From: Nanobdellota archaeon
Lineage (GTDB): Archaea > Nanobdellota > Nanobdellia > Parvarchaeales > Parvarchaeaceae
Assembly (NCBI GenBank): GCA_021802505.1
Contig: JAJZXE010000003.1
Span: 8,926 to 72,925, forward strand
Direction: 5' to 3'
Length of the DNA: 64,000 nucleotides
The translations under genes and the position numbers were made by a program. This document shows positions 8,468-18,012 of this stretch, in pieces (the stretch's first letter is position 1; each line of letters starts with the position of its first letter). Under the pieces are notes generated by a model, which worked only from the letters and a program-made list of their open reading frames with translations, was not told the origin of the DNA and did not search any database.

Positions 8468-11400
8468 ATGGAAGAACGCAGTAGAAAAATAGCAGAGATC
8501 GGACTTGTTTTATTGATATTTCTGCTTTCTTTTTTAATCGTAAATAAGAGCACCCAGATCTTTAGAGGCAGTACTACAAATAATGCATCGTCCGCTGCGT
8601 TTGTGGCTGCAAATGCGTCAGGTATTAACAGTTTTTCGATTCCGTTTGCTTCAGGATCTTCTTCCAGTCTTGTAACAAAGAATGAATTTTTAAACACTTC
8701 CTCAAATTCGCAGTATTACAGTAATATCTTCTTTAATGAGAAATTTTATCCTGGGAATGTTTCATCAAATTCAAATACTTATTCATGTTCTGCAGTCAAT
8801 ACAATCATTGCACCACACTTATGTTTTAGTTTTGCCACTCTTTTTTCATGTGGAGGTGGGCCGACCACCGCTGATTTCAGCAATTTGGTCGGATACATAG
8901 GTTTTCCGCAGCAAGATAATAATTTTCCCAATAATGGTGGCACAAATTATTCAAATCTTTATTCGGCTGTAAGCAACGGCAGCTCCCAAAATGTTTATCA
9001 ACTGCCATCCTCTACCTTTGAATATCAGAATTTCATAAACTGGAGTGCGTCTTCAATTCGTTCATACGGTTTTAGTTCTTCGAATGGAAACCCTTATCTT
9101 TATGCAATAAACCACTCTTTTACGGGTTATCCTACTCTTTCCGGCAGCATCCCTAGCAGCACTCTTATAATACCGGCGGTGTCCTGCGGTTCAACTTTTA
9201 TAAATAACTACATAAATTATCCTGGATTTATCGGTACTCTTTATAATATATCCACTCTAAGCGGTTTTACTCCCTCGGTTTATTTAGCTTCAAAGGATGA
9301 AAACGGATTCGGCGCTTATTATGCTTTCGGCTATCTCTTATCATTAGGTAACCTACCCTGGACAGGCAGTTTTAATTCGCTCCTTGCTTACCAGATACAG
9401 TCGATAAATCCTGCGTTTAGTTATACGATGCCGACGGAGGACTATGCCGAATTTCCAAAAGGAAACAGAGGAGATATGCAGTATGTAAATTCCTCGAATG
9501 AGTTCCTCACGCCCTTACAGATGTCGTACTATGAAAGTGGAAATACCTCAAACGTTTCTATATATGTTTCCAATACGAGTATCTCATCCATAGCGGAGGT
9601 TTCTTCCACAAGCCAGGTGTGCAGCAGGTTCGGGCCGCATGGCGTGTGTAATAGCTATACACCGGAGGTAAAAACTGCCAACAGCGCCGATACATTTACT
9701 GATCCAAATCTGGAGGGTGTTTATTATCCGAATTATGCAAACGGAATTTATGTTCAGTTTAGGACGGACGGCATATTTCCGATATGCGCCTGGAATTCCA
9801 CCACTTCAAACACTTTAAGCAGCTGTACTTTTGAAAAACCTTCCACGATAAACAACATCTCTTATCAAAGACTCTGGCTTTCAAATAATATAAAGAATAA
9901 CCAGCTTTACAATTCCAATTTTGCGCCGGGTCAATCCTCTTCTCCTGAAAATAGTTTTACCCTGACAGCTTTGGATAGTTTCTGTTTTTATGGGGAAAAT
10001 TTCAATACGGCAAACGGCGTTTATACCTCGCCGAGTTATTCCAGAATAATACCCCCGACTTCCACTGAGAATTATACCTCCGCGATAGGAACCTGCAATG
10101 CGTTCTTCAACAGTACTAACTGTTTCAGCGGCCGTGCAAGCCAGTACCTTAACTTTCAGGACGGAATATTTGCAAATAATATTGCATGTACATCAACAGG
10201 AATACATGCAAAGAATGTCACCGATGCGTGGATAAGATCCATATACGTTGCGAACAATGCGGGGGATTTCTGCGGAGATTTCCTGGGTCAGAAAAATCCT
10301 TCAGATCCCCAGGCAAATTCTACCGTGTTTCTTCAAACATTGAACAATAACTGCCCGTCGTTTAATTCGAATTCTTCATCGGTTAATCTGGTTATAACCG
10401 TGAAGAACGTAGGAAATACCCAAATAACAAATCCATACCTTGTCGCTTTATACGGAAACAACAATTTAAGCAATATATTTTATAACTCCCAGAACAGTCA
10501 GCATGTAACCTACTTATTATATCAGGATTTTCTATCTTCGATGAAGGCAACGACCGGAATCATACAGGTTGATTACAACAACAATTTTGATACCAATATG
10601 TATGTTTTTGATGCCGGCCATCCGTTGAATCCGATACCGATTGAATCACTGTTTTCATCGGGCCAACAGTACGAAAACGGGCCTTTCAATAATTCTCTTT
10701 TAGGGATGTGGATATATTCCAATGGCGCGCCTAATAATGTGATAAGAACTTCCAATACTATACTCTCGCATTCCACGGCCGGAACATCCGCTGTCCCGGT
10801 TATACAGCCAAACGGAACCGCAACATTTACCCTAGAAGTTCCGATGTCTTTATTTAAGGCACTGCTGTCCGGTAAATACAATCTAAGTGTTTTCTTTGGT
10901 AATACCTTCAATGTCACATGGAATACGCTCTCAAGCACTTCTCCACAGACGGCACTTTCCAATCCCGGAACTCCTGTTACTGTTAATCCGTTGGTTTCAT
11001 CCTCCGATACAAATGCTTCGCAGACCCATAATAACGAGATAATAACCGGTGGAAAAGGTGCTCCCTCACCCTTATGGCAGTACATCGTAAGCTACGATTT
11101 CAATTTTTCCAAAGCGCCTTTCAATCGCATAAGCATATACAATGACAACCTCTCTATAAACGTTTCGTCGGTTAATTCAACTTCTAGTGCATTGAATGTA
11201 ACTGTAAACCCTTCCGTCTCTGTTCTGAACGGAAGCGGTTCCTATAAGCTTGGATTAAACCAGCTTAAAGGGTCAGCAATATCCTGTTTTGCCTCTCCTG
11301 ACAACGTACAGGACTTCGGAGTATTCTGGTCAAAGCAGATAGTCTCCCCATCGAATCTTAATTACGCCCTGTCAAATAGCATCTATTCCGATAACCAGCA

Positions 11401-14400
11401 GCAGGCAAGCAATGTACTCATAACCAGCTGGAGAGGGATACTGTTTATGCCCTATTCGGATCAAGTCGCATTAAACTATAATAACCTGCCGCATTACTAT
11501 CCTGCTACTTCCTCTTTCCAGATAGAAACTCCTACGCTTAATTCTACGTCCAAGAATTTCAATTATGAGGCATTTGATTACTTTGGAAGCGGTACCGGAG
11601 GAGGTTTATTTTCCAATTTATCTGACTTGTACGGTTCTCTAAACTCCTCGGTTACCTCTTTTCCGGTAAGCCTTCCAAACAGTTCATTGACATTCCATCT
11701 TACTTCCAACTCGCTCGTAAGTGATCCGTCAATTTTAAGAATAGTGGGAACGGATCTTTTAGTTAACTATTCGGTTTTTTCAAATAGATCATTTACATTC
11801 TCTCTGGTTACTAAAGGTTCAGTACAGTGCACATACAGCGAAAGTACCTCGTCCAACGGTACTTTTGAATACGGTTCAGGAGGGTCCTCCTGCTTAAACA
11901 GTGCGGTCATAAACAGTTCTTACATCAATATATCCTCAAAATACGGGCCGTTCTTTGCTGACATGTACAATAATTCAAATCTGAACATGTCAAATGAGAC
12001 GGCAGGCGGAACAGTTCTTATGGCTGGAAATGAAACCTTGTCGAAACAGAATAAGGGCGGTTTGTTTACCATAACTTTACCGATAAATACGAGCACAAAC
12101 AACGGAATAGCACTGGTATTTTCGGTGGTTCCATTAACACGGCAGCTTTATAACTCCGATGTTTACCTTTACAATCTAAACGGCACGCCTTTCAACTGCA
12201 ACATACTCAATGATTTCAACAATACCGGGAATCTCGGCGTTTCTCAGATAGGCAGGGGAAAGTATTTCCTTCCAAACGGCACGATGATGTGCAATCTTAC
12301 GGGTGATTTCACCTATCTGAGGGCAGTTTTTATAAATCGTTCAAACAATGCCTATCTTGGCAGCGGAGACATACAATCCGGGGTAGTAATCTCAAATATC
12401 AGCGGTTCCTCGGCAAAAGACGAGCTAAATATAAGCATAAACGGGATTCCGGTAAATGCGCAAAACGCGAACATATTGCCAGGAAAGTACTCCTCCTGCA
12501 GTTTAACCGATAAAACCATCTATAACGGCATATTAAGGTACCCTACCGGCTGTGATAACCTTTCGTATTCCCTAATAACTTTTGATTATAATGTTAACGG
12601 GAGCATACTGCCGGAATCCGCCTTAATCTCTCCGAAAAATTATTACAGGCATTATCCTCAATTTTTATATTCCGGTCCATCAGTTGTATCGACCAATCCA
12701 ACGGCCGAATATAATCTTACGCTGCCGGCGAGCAGCGCAGAGAATGTACCCATACAATTTAGCATTCCCAATAATTTCGGAGGCTGCAATAATATTATAC
12801 TGACCACTCAGAATCCTTATCCATATGCCGAGGTTCCTTATCAGGTCATTTTATCCGGTTCGCAGTCCTGTGATTATGTTTTCGTCGGGTCCGGAGGAAA
12901 CAGTTATTCTGTATTCGTGAGCAGTTCTCCTGCAGTCGGTTATCCAGACAATTGGATGAGCTATAACGCTACGCAGTACAATGTTCAATTGTCAACATCC
13001 CTCTTCAATGGGGATCTTATAAGCAATTGCCGGTCCGGCTTCGGTCCGTGCCTGGATTCCTTTTCAGTCAATGGAAAAGACCTCGGGAGCCTTCTTTTCA
13101 ACAACGTTTCAACGTCCTCCGCTACCATCTCTCAATCACTCAAAGGCCCGGTTGAGGACTGTTTCACTGTAAGTTATTCATCCTCGCAAACCGTTGAATT
13201 TCCTGAAACCGGTTTCGGAGGTATAAATTATGCAAATAACAAGATATACCAGACAGCCGCTCCTTCCCAATCCATAGCCAGTGATTATTGTTTCTATGCG
13301 GGTTCTCCGGTAATAACCGACTCTATTACGGCGAGGGGCTCTCCTATAACGTTTAAGGTCCAAAACCAGCTTATATCCAATTTTTCATACCTGAAAAACA
13401 GCAATCTGAAGAGCTTTTACGTGCCTGCCGCAATAAATGTAGGTTATTCATCGTACGGCAGTGTGAATGTCAGCACGAGTAAACAGATATACTACAATAT
13501 CAGCAGTGCAGATTTACTTACAAAGTGCATAAATTACACGATATCTGGCGCAAATGCGAGTGCTCTGGGTATAAATCAGATTACTCCCATAAATATAAAT
13601 TCAAATGATATACTGACCAACGAGCAGCTTTACTGTTTATATGGCGGCAGTCCATCCTATACCACGCAGCTTCCGTTAAGCGGCACAAACAATGCAAATT
13701 CATCAACTTCAGTCGGCTTTGCTTATCAGCCTGGGAATTACACGGCAGGAACCGGGACATTATATGATTCATGCATCATCCCGCCAAAACTTAAGGTGTC
13801 TTCTCCAGCTGTTTTTTATCTGAATGGAAAAGCTTCCGACTATAATCCTTCAAACAGCGGCGAAAACTATACTGCCAGCCACTCTGCAAATTCAAGCGGT
13901 CTCGAGATGCTTTACAGCCCGGGTTCCAGCGTGTTTATAAACAAGTGCGCTCCCAATAGTACAATCTTAAGTTACAGCGCATGTACAAAGCCTGTGAATA
14001 TTGTGCCTCAGAACGGATCCTACAACAGCTTGGAGGCATTGCCGACCGGAAGTAATGGGAATCTCTCTTTTGGAGGCGGTTGTTTTATAGGCAGTATAGG
14101 AACCACAAATTACAAATGTGCACCGACAGATGGCGAGCTATCCTTCTCGAATACCACGGGAAAAAGTTCTTCCTCTACATCGGTTTCAATTTCACAGGTC
14201 ATATTAAATTCTACGTCGGCTCCAACAACTTCATTTTCTGTTTCGTTTGATTGCAGTGTATCCGCCAGTAACAGCACAGTTACCAAGCTGTTTTCGTGCA
14301 GCTACCCAAATTCGCAGACATCCGGTGCGTGTTCTGCGAGTGTTTCTTATAAGCAGATAAACTCCACCGCCTACAATATAATTTCTACCTGTTCGGTTTC

Positions 14401-17400
14401 TTCAGTAAAAGGCTTTACCGTCAAGGCAGATACAGTAAAAATAAGCAAGCTTAGTATAACAGGCGGACAGTCCGAGACAACAGGTTTAATATCCGATTTT
14501 ATATGCGGCAATACGACGAATGTGATAAGCAAAAACATTCCTAACGGCTGGAACTGGAAGCCTTACTCCACTGCCGGTGCTATAAATCCCGCTCCGAGTA
14601 CGAACAAGGCAGGGGTTGCGGAAGTCGGCGGTTGTGAAGCCGGAAGGGACACATTTGAGACACAACAACCAACTATTTCAATAACAACACCCAGTAGTAA
14701 TACTTTTCAATATAGTTACTCCTGCCAAAGCGGTTACTCCGGCACAATAACGGCATGCAGTCAGCCGACTTCCCTTCCTCAGTCAAAGCTAGAATTCTCT
14801 TCAAATAACAAGTGTGGTATTGCAAATATAACACTTATAAATACTACTTTTCAATCCAGTTCTGTAAACGGGAAAAATAACGGCGGCGAAGCTACAAGCT
14901 GTAATCCTTTCAGCAAATCCGGTTTTTCACAGCCGACAGTACAGGATAACTGCATAGCTTACCATAACCCTGCTTTCAATTCAACCACCGCTTCCTATGA
15001 ACTTCAATATGCGAATTCAAGCGGTTACGGCATAGGCATGGGGGTACTCGGCGGAAGTTATAACTTAAATATTTCGATTCCAAACAATAAACAGCAGAAC
15101 TCTGTAAAAGATGCATATCTGACAGGTTTATCGGAATCACAGATTGAAAGCGGCAATAACATTTTGACAGACTTACTTCCAACTTCTCTGCTGGAGTCGA
15201 ACCTTCCGAGCAAGGCCTTATCCATATCAGCTGCATACTCCTATGACATGCTTAATATACTCATGCTTCAGAATCCCTCGTTGGGCGTGACCGGCATACC
15301 TGGTTTTATAAACGGCAGTATACTGGATTATGCGCTAAGTATATTTACGGGAGGAACCTCCGGAAATTGTGCTCCGCCGTACAATGTAAGCGGTGACGGC
15401 ATATTTAAATTGGGGGAGGGAGAACTGTGTTCTGGTAAAACACTTCCATCAAGTTACAAGGAGGGCGTTTTTCTCTCTCTGGGAACTCTGAACGAAGGAC
15501 TGCATTCCCTGCAGTTTTACAGCATAGGTAACTCTACAAACGAAGCGCAGCCGTCCGTAAACGTCTTCGACAGTGTGGGAAACGCCGTGAACCTAAACAG
15601 CGCGTGTTCAAACGGCAACAAGAGAGTATTCACCTCTGTTTATAAAGGCGGGACGTGGAGTTTTAATATGACTTCGGATCAGCAGTGCAACCCTGTAAAC
15701 AATAAATTATACGGTTATATTGTCAATTGCCTTTATCAAACGCCGGGCAATTCCACTTATACAATAACTTCTCAGTACTATCTTGCGTATAACCTCCCGA
15801 CAATCTGGAATATAAGCTATACTCTCTTGGTTTCTCCAAAGAGCTATGAAGTCGTGCCTGCTCCAGTCTATCAGATAAACTACTCAACAGGTTCTATATT
15901 GACGCTGCAGCAGCCCAATAAGACGGTGTTTATAGAGAAAGGATTACCGGCAGGATACAGATGGACCGTTGATTATAACGGTGTAAGCAGAAACTCCATT
16001 TCAAATGAAATTTACTTTTACTCGGTTGGAACACATTCATTTACGGTTCCCGTACTGCAGAATTCGTCCATAACACCGGATTGTTATACAAGATACACCC
16101 CTGCTCCGGGTGCCGGCCAGGCAACTTCAGGCACTACAACCTATATACAATTTTCTTCCAATACAACCTGCTATAGTTACTTTACAGAGAGCGGTTTGCC
16201 ATCTGGGTTTAACTGGAATGTAACTTATGACGGAGTTACAAAAGTTTCCGGGTCAAGCAACATAGAATTTATAACTATAAATCCGGGAGGTTACGGCGGC
16301 AACTTTTCTTATTCCGTTCCGGATATCAAAACTACCTCAGCCGCCTGCACTGAAATTTACATTCCTTCGCCGTCTTCTGGTTATTTAGCGGCTGGAACAA
16401 ATCAGAGCGTTGTATTTACCTTAACTTCGGATACCTGTATAACTACATTTGATGAAAATGGTCTGCCTAGTGGCCATGCCTGGACTGTAGACTACAATGG
16501 CACTACTGAAACTTCGTCTACTGACAAAATAACATTTACCTCTGCCCCGGGCACGCCGTCTTATTCTGTATCCGCGCCTTCTAATTCATCAGCGACTTTG
16601 GATTGCACCACTTATTACTTCCCGTCGCCTTCTTCAGGACATTTAACTGCCGGAACATCTCTATCCATATCATTTTCATCTAAAACGCATTGTACCACAA
16701 CATTCACTGAAACAGGCCTGCCGTCTAATGTCAAATGGTACACAACTTATGATAAAGATACTAGCAGTGCCCAGTCTCCGAATAAAATAGTATTTTCAAA
16801 GAATACGACTGGTACTGCAATTCCTTCATATTCTTATTCTGTGCAGAAATTGACGGCTTCTTCAAGTTCATTGGACTGTTCAACCACTTACACCCCTTCG
16901 CCATCCTCCAGCAGTTCACTTAATGCCGGATCCAGCATTAAAATAACATTTACGACATCTACATCCTGCGTAACTACTTTCAAGGATTCAGAACTGAACT
17001 CAGGTTATAATTGGGCAGTATACGGTGGCTCTCAGTCATCAAGCGGCTCGACAAGCAGTAATCTCCAGCTAACTACTTCTAGCGGGACATATTCTTATTC
17101 TGCATCTATAACTACAAACGGTATAGACTGTTATTCCTCAGGATCGTTTTCGGCAGGCTCTACCATCACTCCGAGTTTTACCTGTCAAACAGAATTCTAT
17201 GTAAGTCAGTATCATTCTGTGGATTCCGGCGCAACATGGTCAGTTAGCTATAATGGGAGTTCGGAATCGCAGCCTAGCCCCAATGACAATATCTTCTTTT
17301 ATGAATCTTCAAACAGTTCATTAAAGATACCGTTCACTGCAGGTTTCAGTGTAAGTAACATAGGCACCTGGACAGAGTATCCACACCCTGGTTCTGGCAG

Positions 17401-17446
17401 TTTAATAAGCGGAGGCACGCAGGCAATCTGGTATGGTTATTCGTAA
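8468..17446 (+). CDS. operon gene 5: giant N-terminally anchored Ser/Asn/Thr-rich surface protein (about 2992 aa from ATG 8468; 3003 aa from TTG 8435)
   Basis: Uninterrupted 9 kb ORF. N-terminus MEERSRKIAEIGLVLLIFLLSFLIV, with the ATG 1 nt after the gene 4 stop. Dense N-x-S/T sequons, many Cys, very few K/R/D/E. A CARDB-like stretch (VITVKNVGNTQITNPYLVALYG). Six C-terminal tandem repeats. Confidence 0.85.
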   Translation: MEERSRKIAEIGLVLLIFLLSFLIVNKSTQIFRGSTTNNASSAAFVAANASGINSFSIPFASGSSSSLVTKNEFLNTSSNSQYYSNIFFNEKFYPGNVSSNSNTYSCSAVNTIIAPHLCFSFATLFSCGGGPTTADFSNLVGYIGFPQQDNNFPNNGGTNYSNLYSAVSNGSSQNVYQLPSSTFEYQNFINWSASSIRSYGFSSSNGNPYLYAINHSFTGYPTLSGSIPSSTLIIPAVSCGSTFINNYINYPGFIGTLYNISTLSGFTPSVYLASKDENGFGAYYAFGYLLSLGNLPWTGSFNSLLAYQIQSINPAFSYTMPTEDYAEFPKGNRGDMQYVNSSNEFLTPLQMSYYESGNTSNVSIYVSNTSISSIAEVSSTSQVCSRFGPHGVCNSYTPEVKTANSADTFTDPNLEGVYYPNYANGIYVQFRTDGIFPICAWNSTTSNTLSSCTFEKPSTINNISYQRLWLSNNIKNNQLYNSNFAPGQSSSPENSFTLTALDSFCFYGENFNTANGVYTSPSYSRIIPPTSTENYTSAIGTCNAFFNSTNCFSGRASQYLNFQDGIFANNIACTSTGIHAKNVTDAWIRSIYVANNAGDFCGDFLGQKNPSDPQANSTVFLQTLNNNCPSFNSNSSSVNLVITVKNVGNTQITNPYLVALYGNNNLSNIFYNSQNSQHVTYLLYQDFLSSMKATTGIIQVDYNNNFDTNMYVFDAGHPLNPIPIESLFSSGQQYENGPFNNSLLGMWIYSNGAPNNVIRTSNTILSHSTAGTSAVPVIQPNGTATFTLEVPMSLFKALLSGKYNLSVFFGNTFNVTWNTLSSTSPQTALSNPGTPVTVNPLVSSSDTNASQTHNNEIITGGKGAPSPLWQYIVSYDFNFSKAPFNRISIYNDNLSINVSSVNSTSSALNVTVNPSVSVLNGSGSYKLGLNQLKGSAISCFASPDNVQDFGVFWSKQIVSPSNLNYALSNSIYSDNQQQASNVLITSWRGILFMPYSDQVALNYNNLPHYYPATSSFQIETPTLNSTSKNFNYEAFDYFGSGTGGGLFSNLSDLYGSLNSSVTSFPVSLPNSSLTFHLTSNSLVSDPSILRIVGTDLLVNYSVFSNRSFTFSLVTKGSVQCTYSESTSSNGTFEYGSGGSSCLNSAVINSSYINISSKYGPFFADMYNNSNLNMSNETAGGTVLMAGNETLSKQNKGGLFTITLPINTSTNNGIALVFSVVPLTRQLYNSDVYLYNLNGTPFNCNILNDFNNTGNLGVSQIGRGKYFLPNGTMMCNLTGDFTYLRAVFINRSNNAYLGSGDIQSGVVISNISGSSAKDELNISINGIPVNAQNANILPGKYSSCSLTDKTIYNGILRYPTGCDNLSYSLITFDYNVNGSILPESALISPKNYYRHYPQFLYSGPSVVSTNPTAEYNLTLPASSAENVPIQFSIPNNFGGCNNIILTTQNPYPYAEVPYQVILSGSQSCDYVFVGSGGNSYSVFVSSSPAVGYPDNWMSYNATQYNVQLSTSLFNGDLISNCRSGFGPCLDSFSVNGKDLGSLLFNNVSTSSATISQSLKGPVEDCFTVSYSSSQTVEFPETGFGGINYANNKIYQTAAPSQSIASDYCFYAGSPVITDSITARGSPITFKVQNQLISNFSYLKNSNLKSFYVPAAINVGYSSYGSVNVSTSKQIYYNISSADLLTKCINYTISGANASALGINQITPININSNDILTNEQLYCLYGGSPSYTTQLPLSGTNNANSSTSVGFAYQPGNYTAGTGTLYDSCIIPPKLKVSSPAVFYLNGKASDYNPSNSGENYTASHSANSSGLEMLYSPGSSVFINKCAPNSTILSYSACTKPVNIVPQNGSYNSLEALPTGSNGNLSFGGGCFIGSIGTTNYKCAPTDGELSFSNTTGKSSSSTSVSISQVILNSTSAPTTSFSVSFDCSVSASNSTVTKLFSCSYPNSQTSGACSASVSYKQINSTAYNIISTCSVSSVKGFTVKADTVKISKLSITGGQSETTGLISDFICGNTTNVISKNIPNGWNWKPYSTAGAINPAPSTNKAGVAEVGGCEAGRDTFETQQPTISITTPSSNTFQYSYSCQSGYSGTITACSQPTSLPQSKLEFSSNNKCGIANITLINTTFQSSSVNGKNNGGEATSCNPFSKSGFSQPTVQDNCIAYHNPAFNSTTASYELQYANSSGYGIGMGVLGGSYNLNISIPNNKQQNSVKDAYLTGLSESQIESGNNILTDLLPTSLLESNLPSKALSISAAYSYDMLNILMLQNPSLGVTGIPGFINGSILDYALSIFTGGTSGNCAPPYNVSGDGIFKLGEGELCSGKTLPSSYKEGVFLSLGTLNEGLHSLQFYSIGNSTNEAQPSVNVFDSVGNAVNLNSACSNGNKRVFTSVYKGGTWSFNMTSDQQCNPVNNKLYGYIVNCLYQTPGNSTYTITSQYYLAYNLPTIWNISYTLLVSPKSYEVVPAPVYQINYSTGSILTLQQPNKTVFIEKGLPAGYRWTVDYNGVSRNSISNEIYFYSVGTHSFTVPVLQNSSITPDCYTRYTPAPGAGQATSGTTTYIQFSSNTTCYSYFTESGLPSGFNWNVTYDGVTKVSGSSNIEFITINPGGYGGNFSYSVPDIKTTSAACTEIYIPSPSSGYLAAGTNQSVVFTLTSDTCITTFDENGLPSGHAWTVDYNGTTETSSTDKITFTSAPGTPSYSVSAPSNSSATLDCTTYYFPSPSSGHLTAGTSLSISFSSKTHCTTTFTETGLPSNVKWYTTYDKDTSSAQSPNKIVFSKNTTGTAIPSYSYSVQKLTASSSSLDCSTTYTPSPSSSSSLNAGSSIKITFTTSTSCVTTFKDSELNSGYNWAVYGGSQSSSGSTSSNLQLTTSSGTYSYSASITTNGIDCYSSGSFSAGSTITPSFTCQTEFYVSQYHSVDSGATWSVSYNGSSESQPSPNDNIFFYESSNSSLKIPFTAGFSVSNIGTWTEYPHPGSGSLISGGTQAIWYGYS
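15923..17446 (+). repeat. six tandem protein-level repeats (about 75-90 aa each) at the C-terminus of the giant protein
   Basis: Repeat heads are FIEKGLPAGYRWTVDYNG, YFTESGLPSGFNWNVTYDG, TFDENGLPSGHAWTVDYNG, TFTETGLPSNVKWYTTYDK, TFKDSELNSGYNWAVYGG and EFYVSQ..GATWSVSYNG. They start near 15929, 16178, 16444, 16699, 16972 and 17190. Confidence 0.8.
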
Positions 17447-18011
17447 ATCTGTGATATTTTTAATAGTTGTAGTTTTGATAGCAGCGGTGCTTTTTATAGT
17501 GCTTAAAACTCAGGTTTTTGCACAAAGCAAGTTTAAAGTGTTCAATCTAAATAATGTTTATTTTTCCTACCCCAAAAACTGGTCTATTGTCTCCTATCAT
17601 TATAATGCAACTTCCAAGTTGACCTTTAATGCCCTGCTGCTTCCGACTAATCTGGTCAGTACCTTGTCATATCCTAATGGCTCAATTAGATCACTGCCAA
17701 ATACAACGAATTTCTCAGAGATTTCAATAATTATATTAAAGAACAAATCTCTTTCAGAGTTATATCCCCTGTACATTTTTAATTATACTTACTTGGTGAA
17801 TAATACTGTTCTAGACGGTTATAGGGGAGCAGCGGCTGTTGAAGAAATAAATGCATCCAGCCTTTTGCCGAAAAGCGAAGCTATCTCTTATATCTCAAGC
17901 GGCGGCGGTTATGGTTATTCAGTGGGGGCATTCTTAACATTAGGTTTCAATAAAAGTACATACGGAGCGCTTACCGAAATTATAAAAACTTTTAAGTACC
18001 CACTATCTTAA
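17433..18011 (+). CDS. operon gene 6: 192-aa N-terminally anchored or secreted protein
   Basis: MVIRKSVIFLIVVVLIAAVLFIVLKTQVFAQS. Overlaps the giant gene by 14 nt. Confidence 0.65.
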   Translation: MVIRKSVIFLIVVVLIAAVLFIVLKTQVFAQSKFKVFNLNNVYFSYPKNWSIVSYHYNATSKLTFNALLLPTNLVSTLSYPNGSIRSLPNTTNFSEISIIILKNKSLSELYPLYIFNYTYLVNNTVLDGYRGAAAVEEINASSLLPKSEAISYISSGGGYGYSVGAFLTLGFNKSTYGALTEIIKTFKYPLS

Positions 18012-18012
18012 C

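Noticed and set aside
10573-11085. Antisense ORFs inside the giant surface genes (also 1522-2052, 5963-6505, 8413-8697, 14976-15236 and others)
   Set aside because: They are short and lack motifs, and all are embedded in much longer sense ORFs with a coherent protein character. No promoter-like boxes are present.
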